A DNA stretch of 64,000 bases from assembly GCA_044226015.1 (NCBI GenBank), contig JBGAHS010000004.1, positions 384,001 to 448,000 of the forward strand, read 5' to 3'. This DNA comes from Candidatus Obscuribacteraceae bacterium (GTDB lineage Bacteria > Cyanobacteriota > Vampirovibrionia > Obscuribacterales > Obscuribacteraceae). The position numbers and the translations under genes were made by a program. Positions 19,498-29,482 of this stretch are shown piece by piece. The notes under the pieces were generated by a model that saw nothing but the letters and a program-made list of their open reading frames with translations, was not told the origin of the DNA and searched no databases. The number at the start of each line of letters is the position of its first letter. Within the stretch, counting starts at the first letter, position 1.

Positions 19498-21113
19498 GTT
19501 TCAGATTTGCCTTTCATCTCGCGAATCTGAAATGCAATTTGAAGGTTCAAGAGTACCTCGGGGGAGTCGATATCGACTTTGAGCAACTCCGCTATTTGTT
19601 CAAGGCGATATCGCATCGTGTGACGGTGGATAAACAGCTCTTTTGCAGCAGAGTTCAAATTGTAAGCTTGTTCCAAATAGACTTTGAGCGTTTCTACCAA
19701 TTCCGTTTCCCATTCAGCGTCGTAGGACTCTAATGGTGCCAGATGCTCCTCATAATAACGGTCGAGTTCTGGGTGATCGAACATAAGATATAGAATTCGC
19801 TTCACACCCAGATCACCATAGCTGGTGACGAACTCTTTTTGACCGTGTGTCATGTCTCCAGTGATAAGAGCCTGGCGAGCCTCTTTGTATGCATCAGGAA
19901 TGTCCATGAGGGTCGGCGCCAGACGGCTTACGCCCATCTGTATTTTTACACCATCCACCTTCTCTTTGATGTTCTGCTTAAGCTCTTCTGCATAGTCTTG
20001 CCACTTCATGTCTTCTTTTTTCTCGACGGGCAAAACAAAAACGGTTACGTCTTCCATTTCGAGCATAGCCTGTCGCTCTTCGTTCCAAGACAGTTTCTCC
20101 ACCAGGTGGTCGGGAGTGATTCTTAGAGCCAAAACCAAACTACCATCGCATATATCTAGCCCAAAGTACTGTTCAAGCCGCTCCATATCGCTGCCAGCGA
20201 GTGGGTGGCCCAATAGCAAGTCTTTGAGCAGACTTCGATGAGTCAGAGTACTAACTGCAAATTGTCGGCGGCTCTGACCAAGATCTACCAATGCTGCTAG
20301 AACTGCTGGTCTTAGATACTCAGCTAACAATTCCTCATCGTCAGAGGGTCTCATCATGATCGAGAAGTAACCAACTACGGTGCCACCAAGAATGATTGGT
20401 GCCACAAGTCTGCGACCTACTCGAATTGCATCGAGTACCGACTCAGGGTCATCATACGAGCGCAATTCTCGGTTCAAAGCTTCGGCTAACTCTTCTGTCA
20501 GAGTCTTTTGTTGGTTTGGTGGAGTCGGACCCATGTTATTTGCGGCGAGAATCTTAAAATCTGCAGTTTCCACGCAACAGGGGCGTTCTAACTGTTCGGA
20601 CAGCGCATCGACAAGGTCATCCAGACCCTGCTCAATGACGACCCTAACGAAATATGACTGCAATCGAGCGCTCGCTTTTTTTACCTCATTCAAATAAGCC
20701 GAGCGAACTTCTTCAATCAACTCCATGCTGTCTTCCAGGCAGGTCAGCAGAATCAGCGGTGTGTTGATTGACTTGCAGTGTTCGATGACAGGTTCAATCT
20801 CAACGTCGAGTTCGGGAAGCACCTGATTTCGGTTGCCACTCCCTTTGGTGCTGGTGCTGCGACTAGAACTTACGGGTTGAATGACTATAAGTCCGCTCAT
20901 ACCCTTCAGAGATGGCAGTTCTTGAACAGAAAGGGTGCTTGCTTTGATCAAGCAGAGGCTGCCAACTTTCTGACCACCGTAGAGAGTCGCTACTACCTGT
21001 GTGATCGGCCTGTCAAGAAACTCTTTACCGCACAAAATTTTTGCTTCCGAGAGCGATTCAAGATCCAGAAGTCTCTTAAGTGTTGGTTGCAGCGGTATGC
21101 GATTTGAGCTCAT
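19494..21113 (-). CDS. PucR/CdaR family transcriptional regulator
   Basis: C-terminal HTH: LVETLKVYL..NLNSAAKELFIHRHTMRYRLEQI; ATGA overlap with potA. Confidence 0.9.
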   Translation of the reverse strand: MSSNRIPLQPTLKRLLDLESLSEAKILCGKEFLDRPITQVVATLYGGQKVGSLCLIKASTLSVQELPSLKGMSGLIVIQPVSSSRSTSTKGSGNRNQVLPELDVEIEPVIEHCKSINTPLILLTCLEDSMELIEEVRSAYLNEVKKASARLQSYFVRVVIEQGLDDLVDALSEQLERPCCVETADFKILAANNMGPTPPNQQKTLTEELAEALNRELRSYDDPESVLDAIRVGRRLVAPIILGGTVVGYFSIMMRPSDDEELLAEYLRPAVLAALVDLGQSRRQFAVSTLTHRSLLKDLLLGHPLAGSDMERLEQYFGLDICDGSLVLALRITPDHLVEKLSWNEERQAMLEMEDVTVFVLPVEKKEDMKWQDYAEELKQNIKEKVDGVKIQMGVSRLAPTLMDIPDAYKEARQALITGDMTHGQKEFVTSYGDLGVKRILYLMFDHPELDRYYEEHLAPLESYDAEWETELVETLKVYLEQAYNLNSAAKELFIHRHTMRYRLEQIAELLKVDIDSPEVLLNLQIAFQIREMKGKSET

Positions 21114-21345
21114 GAAGTAGCCCGTCCGAAGCTTATGATCTGAACCTATTTTACCTCTTTCGACGGATGTCCTCCACTTTGGAGTGATATCACCAGTGGA
21201 GGCAAAATTAAAATTTGAAAGAATTCAAATTTTTTTGCTCTAGGGTATTGAGCTTGACAAGTCTTTGAGACAAAATTAATTCATTCAACTTCCAACTCCT
21301 TTTCCCCCATCCGCGGACCTTCCGCGCGCTAGCAGGTATTTATTA

Positions 21346-21507
21346 ATGAGTCAACATGTAAAGAGCTTCGAGGACAGATTGGCTGGTTTGTTCGAGCGTA
21401 AGGCAGAAGAATTCTCTCGTTATTCTGCTGAACAATCCTCTGCAAACGTTGTTGCAAGACAGCTTGCGGATTTATATAAAGATCTAGCGAACATGATGCG
21501 TCGTTAG
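21346..21507 (+). CDS. Small protein, 53 aa (below ORF-track cutoff)
   Basis: MSQHVKSFEDRLAGLFERKAEEFSRYSAEQSSANVVARQLADLYKDLANMMRR; AGCAGG RBS; TTGACA at 21255; terminator downstream. Confidence 0.75.
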   Translation: MSQHVKSFEDRLAGLFERKAEEFSRYSAEQSSANVVARQLADLYKDLANMMRR

Positions 21508-21551
21508 AAAACGAATACTTTTACTAGTTCCTAATCAACCTTTACCTTTTT

Positions 21552-21587
21552 CTCGATCCACACATCCGTGTGGGTCGAGTTCTTTTT
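21552..21587 (+). terminator. Intrinsic terminator
   Basis: CTCGATCCACAC-ATCC-GTGTGGGTCGAG then TTCTTTTT. Confidence 0.7.
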
Positions 21588-21665
21588 GGGCTTGCGTATT
21601 TCCACCCTACCGATGGGCTGAGCTAAACGGTAGACTGTCCTTGACTACTTTCGGGATTTTAGTCG

Positions 21666-21917
21666 ATGCAAGAAGTGTTTTGCTACTTTATCGGGATATT
21701 GGTAGCTGCTGGTGTAACTCTGATGATTGCGTTTCCAGATTTCTTGACTCCTCCTTTGGAGAAAAAGAAAAAGCGGTTTACTGGAAGGCATTGGGGTGGT
21801 TATCACGATTCCAAATCGATAGAACATATCGACAAAAATGAAGGCGTTGAGGTCGGTCGACCAGCCAAGCCGTTGCGTTACACAGCTGGTGGAACCACCT
21901 ACGCCCGTGGCAAATAG
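21666..21917 (+). CDS. Small single-pass membrane protein
   Basis: 83 aa; N-terminal TM helix then basic KKKKR; hairpin follows. Confidence 0.7.
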   Translation: MQEVFCYFIGILVAAGVTLMIAFPDFLTPPLEKKKKRFTGRHWGGYHDSKSIEHIDKNEGVEVGRPAKPLRYTAGGTTYARGK

Positions 21918-21942
21918 CCTTTTCCAATCCTTTGCCGTTAGC

Positions 21943-21982
21943 AAGCGCCTGCTCTCAGCCAGGTGCGCTTGGTTTTTCTTTT
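21943..21982. terminator. Putative terminator between convergent genes
   Basis: AAGCGCCTG..CAGGTGCGCTT followed by GGTTTTTCTTTT. Confidence 0.5.
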
Positions 21983-21986
21983 CAAT

Positions 21987-23687
21987 CTAGGGTGAAGGCT
22001 TAGGAAGCGAGTCTTCCGAAACGAGCCTGCCAGAACTTAATGTGTCCAGGCTGATGACCCCGATATCGCGCAGCAATTGTACTTGAGCTTGATTGAAAGT
22101 CAAAATTGCATCTGCGCGATTAATCAGTGATTGCGTCCATACCTGCTGAGCTTGCAGCACGTCAATGTTTGTACCAACTCCGTTAGCCAGACGAACACGA
22201 GCAAGACGCAGCTGCTCGCTGGAAGATGCCACCGCCCGTGTGGTCACATCTATTTGTTTCTCTGCTACCAGGCTGTTCAGATAGGATGTTCTGACCTGGG
22301 TCAAAACATTCATAAACTGCTGGTTTGCAGTCAGCATTGCAGCTCGGGCGAGGTGTTTTGAAGACTGCACATTACCTACGTTAGGAACGCCAAGGTTGAA
22401 ATAATTCCAGTCAACTTCGAAACCGATAACATAAGACTTACGCATCTGGCGCTTCACCTGTCTCGGTGGGTTGAACTGTCCTACCACTGGGAATTGTGTT
22501 GTTTGTCCAAATTGTGGTGGAGTGATTATGTCTCCAGAATTCACAGAACCTGGCACGATACTTGTGCTGCCTGGCTGTACCCTGTAGCCAGGGCCGAGTG
22601 TGGCACCACTGCCGGTGTAGCTGCCGAAAAATTGAATTGATGGATAGAGTGGTGCTGCAGCGACTTGAATTTGTCTGCGAGCGGCCAGTCTCAATTGTTC
22701 GTATTGTTTCAGTTCAGGACGATGTTTCACCGCCAATCTTAGCAAGCCGTTGATGTCCATTTTTGGCTCTATCAATCTAACTTTTCGAACCTTTGTGTCC
22801 ACGCTCATCAAATTGGCGCCGAGGTCCAGGTTGAGTGAATTTGCCAGATTGATGGCTGCTGTTCTGAAAGCTACTTCCTGATTTAGCAAGTTTTGTTCGT
22901 CTGTTGCTAATTGCGTGTCAGCCTGCAAGACACCGAAGTATGTTCCGGTTCCGGCGCGTTCCAGCTGTTGGTTCAGTACAAGCTGAGCGCGAGACGTTTC
23001 GACTGCTCTTACGCGAATTTCAAGGAATGCTTGAGCTCTAACAAGGTCATAATATTGCTTTGACACCGTATTTAGTGTGTCGTTGATACTTGCTCTGAAT
23101 TGAGATTTCGCTGCCAGATAATTATGCTTCTGCAACAAAGCACCAAAGACAACGGCGCCACCCTGAAACCCTGTGTAATTGAAGCCGGCGTTCGCTGTTA
23201 CGAACGGAGTAGCGAAACTTGATGGAATGATGCCACCAACTAGAGTCGAGCCTGCTTGAAACACACTTCTGTAACTCATCAGAGCATTGGGAAGGAACCT
23301 ACCTAACGCACCAATCAACAACCATTTTTGCGATTTCATTTGTTCGTTGCTAATGCCAATTGCAAGATTGTGCAGCACCGCAAAATTGATAACATCTTTT
23401 AGCGTGACTGGCTGGTTGTACACAGCTTCCAATCGAATTGTTGGCATGCCTTTCTTCAGAGGCATAAGTTCATTCAAAGCCGGAAGTTTGAGGTCGCTCT
23501 CTTCTTCCATTCTGGTGTCAGCCACATCTGGACCAACATTCCGTGGGAACGCCGGCTGAGGTGGTCCTTGTGGGTAGTCGCTAGCACCAGTCTGTGCCAC
23601 CGCTTTTGATGGCGATATCATGCACGTCAAGAGTAAGCTCAGCCCCAGATGGGACCATGTTAGACGTTTGATTGCGAGGACAGACAT
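21987..23687 (-). CDS. TolC-family outer membrane efflux protein
   Basis: Signal peptide; two OEP repeats (YYDLVRAQ..; RVRLANGVGTNIDVLQAQ). Confidence 0.9.
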   Translation of the reverse strand: MSVLAIKRLTWSHLGLSLLLTCMISPSKAVAQTGASDYPQGPPQPAFPRNVGPDVADTRMEEESDLKLPALNELMPLKKGMPTIRLEAVYNQPVTLKDVINFAVLHNLAIGISNEQMKSQKWLLIGALGRFLPNALMSYRSVFQAGSTLVGGIIPSSFATPFVTANAGFNYTGFQGGAVVFGALLQKHNYLAAKSQFRASINDTLNTVSKQYYDLVRAQAFLEIRVRAVETSRAQLVLNQQLERAGTGTYFGVLQADTQLATDEQNLLNQEVAFRTAAINLANSLNLDLGANLMSVDTKVRKVRLIEPKMDINGLLRLAVKHRPELKQYEQLRLAARRQIQVAAAPLYPSIQFFGSYTGSGATLGPGYRVQPGSTSIVPGSVNSGDIITPPQFGQTTQFPVVGQFNPPRQVKRQMRKSYVIGFEVDWNYFNLGVPNVGNVQSSKHLARAAMLTANQQFMNVLTQVRTSYLNSLVAEKQIDVTTRAVASSSEQLRLARVRLANGVGTNIDVLQAQQVWTQSLINRADAILTFNQAQVQLLRDIGVISLDTLSSGRLVSEDSLPKPSP

Positions 23688-23688
23688 C

Positions 23689-24243
23689 TTATTTCACGAG
23701 TCTCTGAACAGCCTTGAACTGTTCAGTACCTGATTCTCCGAGCATTTCGAAGAGCGCCATTTCTACACATGATGGTACTGCTCCAGACGAGATCATTTTT
23801 TCCCATCCCATGTCTTTGTTGCGCTGCGAACGGCTAGCAATTGCATCAGCAACTACGTGGACAGTGTAATCATTTGCCATCAACGAATGCGTTGTTTGAT
23901 TAACGCAAACGTGCGCTTCTATTCCGCAAATTATTACTTGATTGCGACCAATGCTTTCCATCATCTCGAGGAATCCCGGAGCATCGCCACAGCTGAAGGA
24001 AGTTTTTTCAAAATATTTGTGCTCACCCAAGCAAGCCGCGATTTCTGCAATCGTCTTTCCCAGCCCTTGTGGATATTGCTCAGTGAGAACAACCGGCACT
24101 TTCAATATCTTTGCAGCTTCTGCAAGAATTGTGATGTTTCGAGTAAGGTTGTCGAGATCTTTCAGCTGTTTTCGGAAACTCTCCTGAACATCAACGATCA
24201 AAAGCATTGCTTGCTTGCTGTCTAGAACTCGCGGATGGCGCAT
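23689..24243 (-). CDS. Isochorismatase-family hydrolase (YcaC-like)
   Basis: LLIVDVQE, TEQYPQGLGKT, EKTSFSC, GIEAHVCVNQT. Confidence 0.93.
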   Translation of the reverse strand: MRHPRVLDSKQAMLLIVDVQESFRKQLKDLDNLTRNITILAEAAKILKVPVVLTEQYPQGLGKTIAEIAACLGEHKYFEKTSFSCGDAPGFLEMMESIGRNQVIICGIEAHVCVNQTTHSLMANDYTVHVVADAIASRSQRNKDMGWEKMISSGAVPSCVEMALFEMLGESGTEQFKAVQRLVK

Positions 24244-24471
24244 ATTTCAAGATTCCTACTGTAGACTTTTCTTAAACAAAAAAGTGGTCCTGGCAGCTTC
24301 AAAGCATAGCATTACGAGCCTATAAAAGACCCATTTTACGAACCTGTTAGTTTCGTTTCTCTGCGTAATGTGTGACAGTCTGCATGCCGCAAGGCTATGC
24401 GCCGGCTAAAGAAGATATTAGTGGTTAATGTCCAGTAACTTGGCCGTCTTTGTGGTATAAGTTCCTCTTGT

Positions 24472-24544
24472 GGGGCGTTAGCGCAGTTGGTAGCGCGCAT
24501 CAATGGCATTGATGAGGTCACCGGTTCGACCCCGGTACGCTCCA
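24472..24544 (+). tRNA. tRNA-Ala(GGC)
   Basis: Cloverleaf: acceptor GGGGCGT/ACGCTCC with G3-U70; anticodon arm CATCA-ATGGCAT-TGATG; T-loop TTCGACC; CCA not encoded. Confidence 0.97.
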
Positions 24545-24693
24545 AAACTTTTCGGGGCAATTTCAAGCAGGCACATCTCAAGGTGTGAGTTTTAGCGCGA
24601 ACTTTAGCGCGAGCTTTTTGTAGCTAATGGCAACTTGCCACAGTTCTTGTGTCCGGTTGTCTGCAGCAATAAATCTCTAACGCTCGTTGTTAG

Positions 24694-25509
24694 TTAATAA
24701 CCAGCTGACGATAGTTCCAAACCGCCAGCAACTTTGTCTGTTCTTGCAACACCTGACCTTACCGTTCCATCCGGGTCAAGCTCAAGCCAGCGGTAGCCAG
24801 GCGGAACAGCGTCCACTCCAAAATCGTCAGAGGCTGCTTTGAACTGCACGCAAGTCGAAGGCGTCGCCATCAACAGTTTCTGCTTATGTCGTCCATTGAA
24901 CTCCTGGTGAACGTGCCCCCAGAGCACTGCTTTGACATTCGAGTAGGCATCGAGTAATTCGAGAAACTCGCTACCGTTTTCCACACCAATTTGATCCAAC
25001 CATTTCGCTCCCATCGGAACGGGATGATGATGCATGCATACAAGCGCATGTAGGTCTGGTTGTTCGTCGAGGCAGCTTTGTAAGAAGTCAAGCTCACTTT
25101 GCTCAAGTCGCCCGCCAACCTCGCCTTCAACTTGCGAATCAAGCAGGATGATTTGCCAGTTGCCTTTGACCAGCTGACGGCTCGCGTCGAAGTGTGATTT
25201 TTCATGTATCAGCCCACGCGTCATTTCTTTGCGCTTGTCGTGGTTGCCAGGCAGAAAGTAGCAAGGCGCACCGGCATTCGAAAGAGCGACTGATAATCGA
25301 TGGTAGGACTCTTCCGTTTCATCCTGAGAGAGGTCGCCAGTAATGAGATAAAAGTCTGGAACCCCGCGATTTGCCAGAGCCAGCCTGTACACCTCAGAAA
25401 AACTCGCAAAGGTATCCACGCCAAGCAATTTGCCGGTCGCATCCTTAAAAATATGCGTGTCGGTAAATTGTAAGACTTTTAGGGTTTTATCCTTGCCTGA
25501 CAGGCTCAT
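24694..25509 (-). CDS. cpdA: 3',5'-cyclic AMP phosphodiesterase (metallophosphoesterase)
   Basis: DTH, TGDLSQD, PGNHD, HHHP, GHVHQ, TPSTCVQF motifs. Confidence 0.92.
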   Translation of the reverse strand: MSLSGKDKTLKVLQFTDTHIFKDATGKLLGVDTFASFSEVYRLALANRGVPDFYLITGDLSQDETEESYHRLSVALSNAGAPCYFLPGNHDKRKEMTRGLIHEKSHFDASRQLVKGNWQIILLDSQVEGEVGGRLEQSELDFLQSCLDEQPDLHALVCMHHHPVPMGAKWLDQIGVENGSEFLELLDAYSNVKAVLWGHVHQEFNGRHKQKLLMATPSTCVQFKAASDDFGVDAVPPGYRWLELDPDGTVRSGVARTDKVAGGLELSSAGY

Positions 25510-25602
25510 CCAGTCTCCCCCGAAAACTTTGACCCCTTCTTCGCCTTTTTCCCTGTTTTTACTATTTCTATGCGATTTCGACAGATTATCTAAGGATAAA
25601 AT

Positions 25603-26553
25603 GTGAGTGTGGTTAAGACTAGCAAGAAATTGAAACCCAGATTTATTATCATCATAGCCCTAATCTTGGGGCTGGTGTTGTGTTTTGGGAATTACTTGCA
25701 ATATTTGCCCGAGCAGCTGGCGCTTGTCTCCCTAGATGTAAGCAAACCCGACAGCTATGAGTTCAGGTCCTTTGACGAGTTGCTTCGCAGCCATGTGAAG
25801 TACGGGCTGATTGATTATCAGAAGCTCAAGTCCGACCCCAATTTTAAGCTTGCTATTGATGAGCTTGCTCGGACTAGCCCGGCTAAACTCACGGGACGGA
25901 TGGAGCAGCTCTGTTTCTGGATAAACGCCTACAATTTGGGGGAGATCAAGAGTATTGTCGATCATTACCCGAGTAAAGAGCAAAGTGGGCGCAATCTTGC
26001 ACATCTGACTGTGGGTGGAAGGATTTTTACGCTGGCCGAAATAAAAGAGGAAATGCTTGCTGAGAAAATCATTCTGGTTAATTGGAAGGCAATTTTTCTG
26101 CTTTGCAATGGTGACATAAGCTCACCCCGCATCAGTACTCACGCTTATCGACCCGGCACTCTAAATGAAGATGCTGAGCGGGCATACAAAATGTTCGTGT
26201 TGAGTCGACTGAATTATCATATCGATGAGAAAACAAAGACATTCTTCGTTTCGCCATTTTATTTGTGGAACAACAGATTTTTTCTGCACGACTTCTCCTC
26301 GGTTTTCGAAATGGTAAATAATTCTCTTCCGCCGCAGAAGCAGTTGGATCTCAATGCTGTTAGTAAGTCGTACATGTTGGCTTACGATCGCAGAATCAAC
26401 GACTTGCGCTATTACTATCTGGCAAAAAACGAGTTCGAAGCAAAGCTGAAAGCTGAGCAAAAGCTGGAAGAAGAGTTGAGTAAGCAAACGCAGGCGTCCA
26501 TAAGAGAGCAAATAAAGAAACTCGACATGAGAGATGTGCCTGCTCGTGATTAA
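25603..26553 (+). CDS. DUF547 domain protein
   Basis: GLIDYQKL, FWINAYN; N-terminal TM helix; canonical IHFALNC...CP motif degenerate (AIFLLCNGDISSP). Confidence 0.8.
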   Translation: MSVVKTSKKLKPRFIIIIALILGLVLCFGNYLQYLPEQLALVSLDVSKPDSYEFRSFDELLRSHVKYGLIDYQKLKSDPNFKLAIDELARTSPAKLTGRMEQLCFWINAYNLGEIKSIVDHYPSKEQSGRNLAHLTVGGRIFTLAEIKEEMLAEKIILVNWKAIFLLCNGDISSPRISTHAYRPGTLNEDAERAYKMFVLSRLNYHIDEKTKTFFVSPFYLWNNRFFLHDFSSVFEMVNNSLPPQKQLDLNAVSKSYMLAYDRRINDLRYYYLAKNEFEAKLKAEQKLEEELSKQTQASIREQIKKLDMRDVPARD

Positions 26554-26592
26554 CGCTATTATTGTCGGATTTCTAGAGAAAAGGACTGCGGA

Positions 26593-28590
26593 ATGAAAAT
26601 ACGGGTCAAGTCGGCACTATCATTTTTTCTTTCGACCAGTTTCTTTATGACGGCGATTAGTGCTTGCGCGCAGTTAAGTCCAAAAACGGCAAATCAGGCT
26701 CAAAGAGCTTCTTCAAGTCTAGAGTCTACAAAAAAAATTGCGCTGGCTGATCCCGTTCCGTCCGAACCGATTGGCAAATTAAAAGATGGTATTTTGCTTG
26801 TCTATCCACGTGGTGAAAACAATAACAAGATTGACGCGAGCAGCACATTTCTGGTGGGAACACTGAAAGACGGGCGTGCGCTCACCTGCAATGGGCAAGC
26901 TGTAACGGTAAACGCCGATGGTTATTTTGCGCATGTTGTAAAACTGAACTATGGAACTAACGATTTTACGCTTGCAATTCCGGGAAAAGAAGCATTGGGG
27001 CTCAAAATTACGGTGGAAAGACCCGCACCGGCAGCGCCTCTCACTGAGTCTACTTTTAACATCTTGCCAGAGTCTCTTGAACCGAAGGAAAATATTGGTG
27101 TCAGCACAGGTGACATCTTGCAGTTTGCTGCCAGAGCAACACCGGGTTCTCAGATGTCTGTTCTTTTCGGACCCCATGCTATAGCAATGCATCCGGCGCT
27201 AACAAAGCAAGGAAAACATCCCGCTGTCAATCTGGGACTAGACACTGCATTCGGTGTCAGCTTTCAGCGCTCTCCAGCTGCCGTGAAAGACCTTTATCTG
27301 GGCTTTTATAAAGTTCAAGCCAGCGATGATTGGAGCAGAGTTTCGCCTACCTTCGTTTTGAAAAGCGGACCGAAGCAAATCAAGGCTAAAGCTAAAGGTA
27401 CGCTTAGTACTGTAAAACAACCACAGCTTATGCAAACAGCTCATTCAAATTGCATTGTGCGCCTCGGACCTGGGGCCGCTAGAACTACTCCACTTCCAGA
27501 AAATGTTCGCATGGTGGCCGACGGGTTCAAGGGGGACTGGTGGCGGTTTGAACTCTCTTCGGGTAAGCACTGTTGGATCAATAAGGAAGACGTGGTGGCT
27601 GATGATGACAGCACTGCTTTTCCTCAGTCACGCGTCAGTACCATAAATATGGGCACTGATGATTATGGTGCCACCATTTCTGTTCCTCTTACGCAGAGGT
27701 TGCCCTTTCAAATTGAGCAAGATTTGCGAGGGAAAAAACTCTTGTTGCATATTTTTGGTGCTACAGCTGATACCGATTTTGTCACCAGCGATTTAGCTAA
27801 GCCGTCAGATTCTGCTGTGGCAAAACTCATCGATTTCCTTTCGTTCAAGCAGAAGGGTGATAATCACTACGAACTATCCGTGCAACTGCTGAACAGTCAT
27901 CAATGGGGATTCTGGGCTGATTACAAAGATAACACTCTCGTATTACATGTAAAAAATGCTCCGGCGGTCGACCCCGATTCCGGAACAATGAAAGGCTGCG
28001 TCATTTGTGTTGACCCCGGTCATGGTGGCAAAGAAATTGGATCAATTGGTTGCTCTGGCGTCAAAGAAGCAACAGTGAATTTTCAAATCGCTGATAAGCT
28101 GCGTCAGGCACTCGAGTCAATGGGCGCCAAAGTGCTCATGACGAGAAAGGGAGATGATTTTGTCTCTCTTCAAGATCGAGTTGATATGGCTATCGCAGCT
28201 AAGGCAGATTTGTTGATCTCTGTGCACAATAATGCATTGCCTGATGGACGTGACCCATTGACTGAGCACGGCACCTCTGATTACTGGTATCATCCACAGT
28301 CTGTAGAGTTCGCGAGGCTGGCGCAGAAGCAGTTAGTACAAGCCAGTGGTTTTAAGGACTTTGGTAGTCGCTTTCAAAATCTAGCACTCTGTCGGCCAAC
28401 TCAAATGCCTGCCGCACTAATGGAAATTGGGTTTATGATTAACCCCGATGAGCTTTCGAAATTGCAAGATTCGCAGTTTCAGACGACCATTGCTCGTTCG
28501 ATTGCAAATTCCGCCAGGAAGTATGTTTTCGACAAAGTGAAAGAGCAGCAAAAATTGGAAGCTGCAAACAACAATACTGATTCTCAATAA
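26593..28590 (+). CDS. N-acetylmuramoyl-L-alanine amidase (Amidase_3) with N-terminal accessory domains
   Basis: VDPGHGG, KE, ISVHNNA, LMEIGFM zinc-amidase motifs; signal peptide. Confidence 0.92.
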   Translation: MKIRVKSALSFFLSTSFFMTAISACAQLSPKTANQAQRASSSLESTKKIALADPVPSEPIGKLKDGILLVYPRGENNNKIDASSTFLVGTLKDGRALTCNGQAVTVNADGYFAHVVKLNYGTNDFTLAIPGKEALGLKITVERPAPAAPLTESTFNILPESLEPKENIGVSTGDILQFAARATPGSQMSVLFGPHAIAMHPALTKQGKHPAVNLGLDTAFGVSFQRSPAAVKDLYLGFYKVQASDDWSRVSPTFVLKSGPKQIKAKAKGTLSTVKQPQLMQTAHSNCIVRLGPGAARTTPLPENVRMVADGFKGDWWRFELSSGKHCWINKEDVVADDDSTAFPQSRVSTINMGTDDYGATISVPLTQRLPFQIEQDLRGKKLLLHIFGATADTDFVTSDLAKPSDSAVAKLIDFLSFKQKGDNHYELSVQLLNSHQWGFWADYKDNTLVLHVKNAPAVDPDSGTMKGCVICVDPGHGGKEIGSIGCSGVKEATVNFQIADKLRQALESMGAKVLMTRKGDDFVSLQDRVDMAIAAKADLLISVHNNALPDGRDPLTEHGTSDYWYHPQSVEFARLAQKQLVQASGFKDFGSRFQNLALCRPTQMPAALMEIGFMINPDELSKLQDSQFQTTIARSIANSARKYVFDKVKEQQKLEAANNNTDSQ

Positions 28591-28625
28591 AAATAGCTCG
28601 CCGGGCAGCATGGCGAGCTATTTTT
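28589..28625. terminator. Bidirectional intrinsic terminator
   Basis: AAAAATAGCTCGCC-9 nt-GGCGAGCTATTTTT between convergent ORFs. Confidence 0.85.
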
Positions 28626-28648
28626 ATTGAGAATTTCAGAATTACTGA

Positions 28649-28837
28649 TTAATCATGTTGCGACGGAGGCAGAGGACCCAATGGGTCCATCTTGAAGCAG
28701 CGTTCTAATTCGATGCGATATTCAAGATTGGTTAGTGCTTCGTCTGAGTAAAACTCGTCTTCCCAATAGCTTTTCTCCCGTCCCCAGAGTTCTTCAATGC
28801 GCTTGGACAGATGGGATGGCAAACTATTATTATTCAT
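28649..28837 (-). CDS. Small hypothetical protein
   Basis: 62 aa; AGAGGA RBS; terminator downstream. Confidence 0.65.
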   Translation of the reverse strand: MNNNSLPSHLSKRIEELWGREKSYWEDEFYSDEALTNLEYRIELERCFKMDPLGPLPPSQHD

Positions 28838-29130
28838 AATCCTCTAATTTCTAGGTTGGCTGGCAGGGACAACTAAAAATGATGTACAAGTTCGATTGTA
28901 TTCAGATATTACTAAATCGCAATCCTTGACTATCTTATAAACCATTATCCCACCTACGTTTGCAGGATCAATTATGCTTAGAAGAAGAATACGATCGGTT
29001 GCATATGCTCATTTCATATCAGCCATATCGTAAGAGTGAGTGATCGACTTCTATGAGAAAAATTACTGGAAGCAGTGTTAGAATCAAAAGATATCAAGAA
29101 AATTGACAGCAATATCGTGAGACCGGAGAA

Positions 29131-29433
29131 ATGATGAATCTCAAGCTCAGGCTAGAAAGACTTTGTGAGCAACGGAGTTGGTCCCGATTGCACTTTACCG
29201 ACGGAAGCTTTGTCACCGGTCGCATGCTGCGTCTCGGGCATGATTATGTCGAGCTTGAGACTTATGGTGACGACGATAAGCCAGGCGACAGAAACTACTC
29301 CAAACACTTGATTCCCATTGGCTTGATTAAAATGGTGACAGTCGAGTCTTCTGCTTTTGGCGAAATGGAGCGGCGCCGACTCTCCTTTCTTGCACAAATG
29401 GAAACTCAAGAAAGTACTTCCGAATTTGATTAA
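29131..29433 (+). CDS. Hypothetical protein, probable Sm/LSm-like fold
   Basis: GGAG RBS; Sm1-like RLHFTDGSFVTGRMLRLGHDYVEL and Sm2-like HLIPIGLIKMVTV. Confidence 0.65.
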   Translation: MMNLKLRLERLCEQRSWSRLHFTDGSFVTGRMLRLGHDYVELETYGDDDKPGDRNYSKHLIPIGLIKMVTVESSAFGEMERRRLSFLAQMETQESTSEFD

Positions 29434-29482
29434 GTCGGTTTAGAAGCTTAGTGAACAGAGCATCTTAAGAAGCTGAATCTAA

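Noticed and set aside
21559..21568. CACACATCCG 10-mer shared with 31161-31170 (reverse complement)
   Set aside because: Short match; a 9-mer version also occurs inside a CDS (~15634), so chance is plausible
24336..24581. 81-aa minus-strand ORF
   Set aside because: Antisense shadow of the tRNA gene
24545..24620. Integration site or genomic island at tRNA-Ala
   Set aside because: No integrase and no duplicated tRNA 3' end seen; only a short TTTAGCGCGA doublet (24591-24612)
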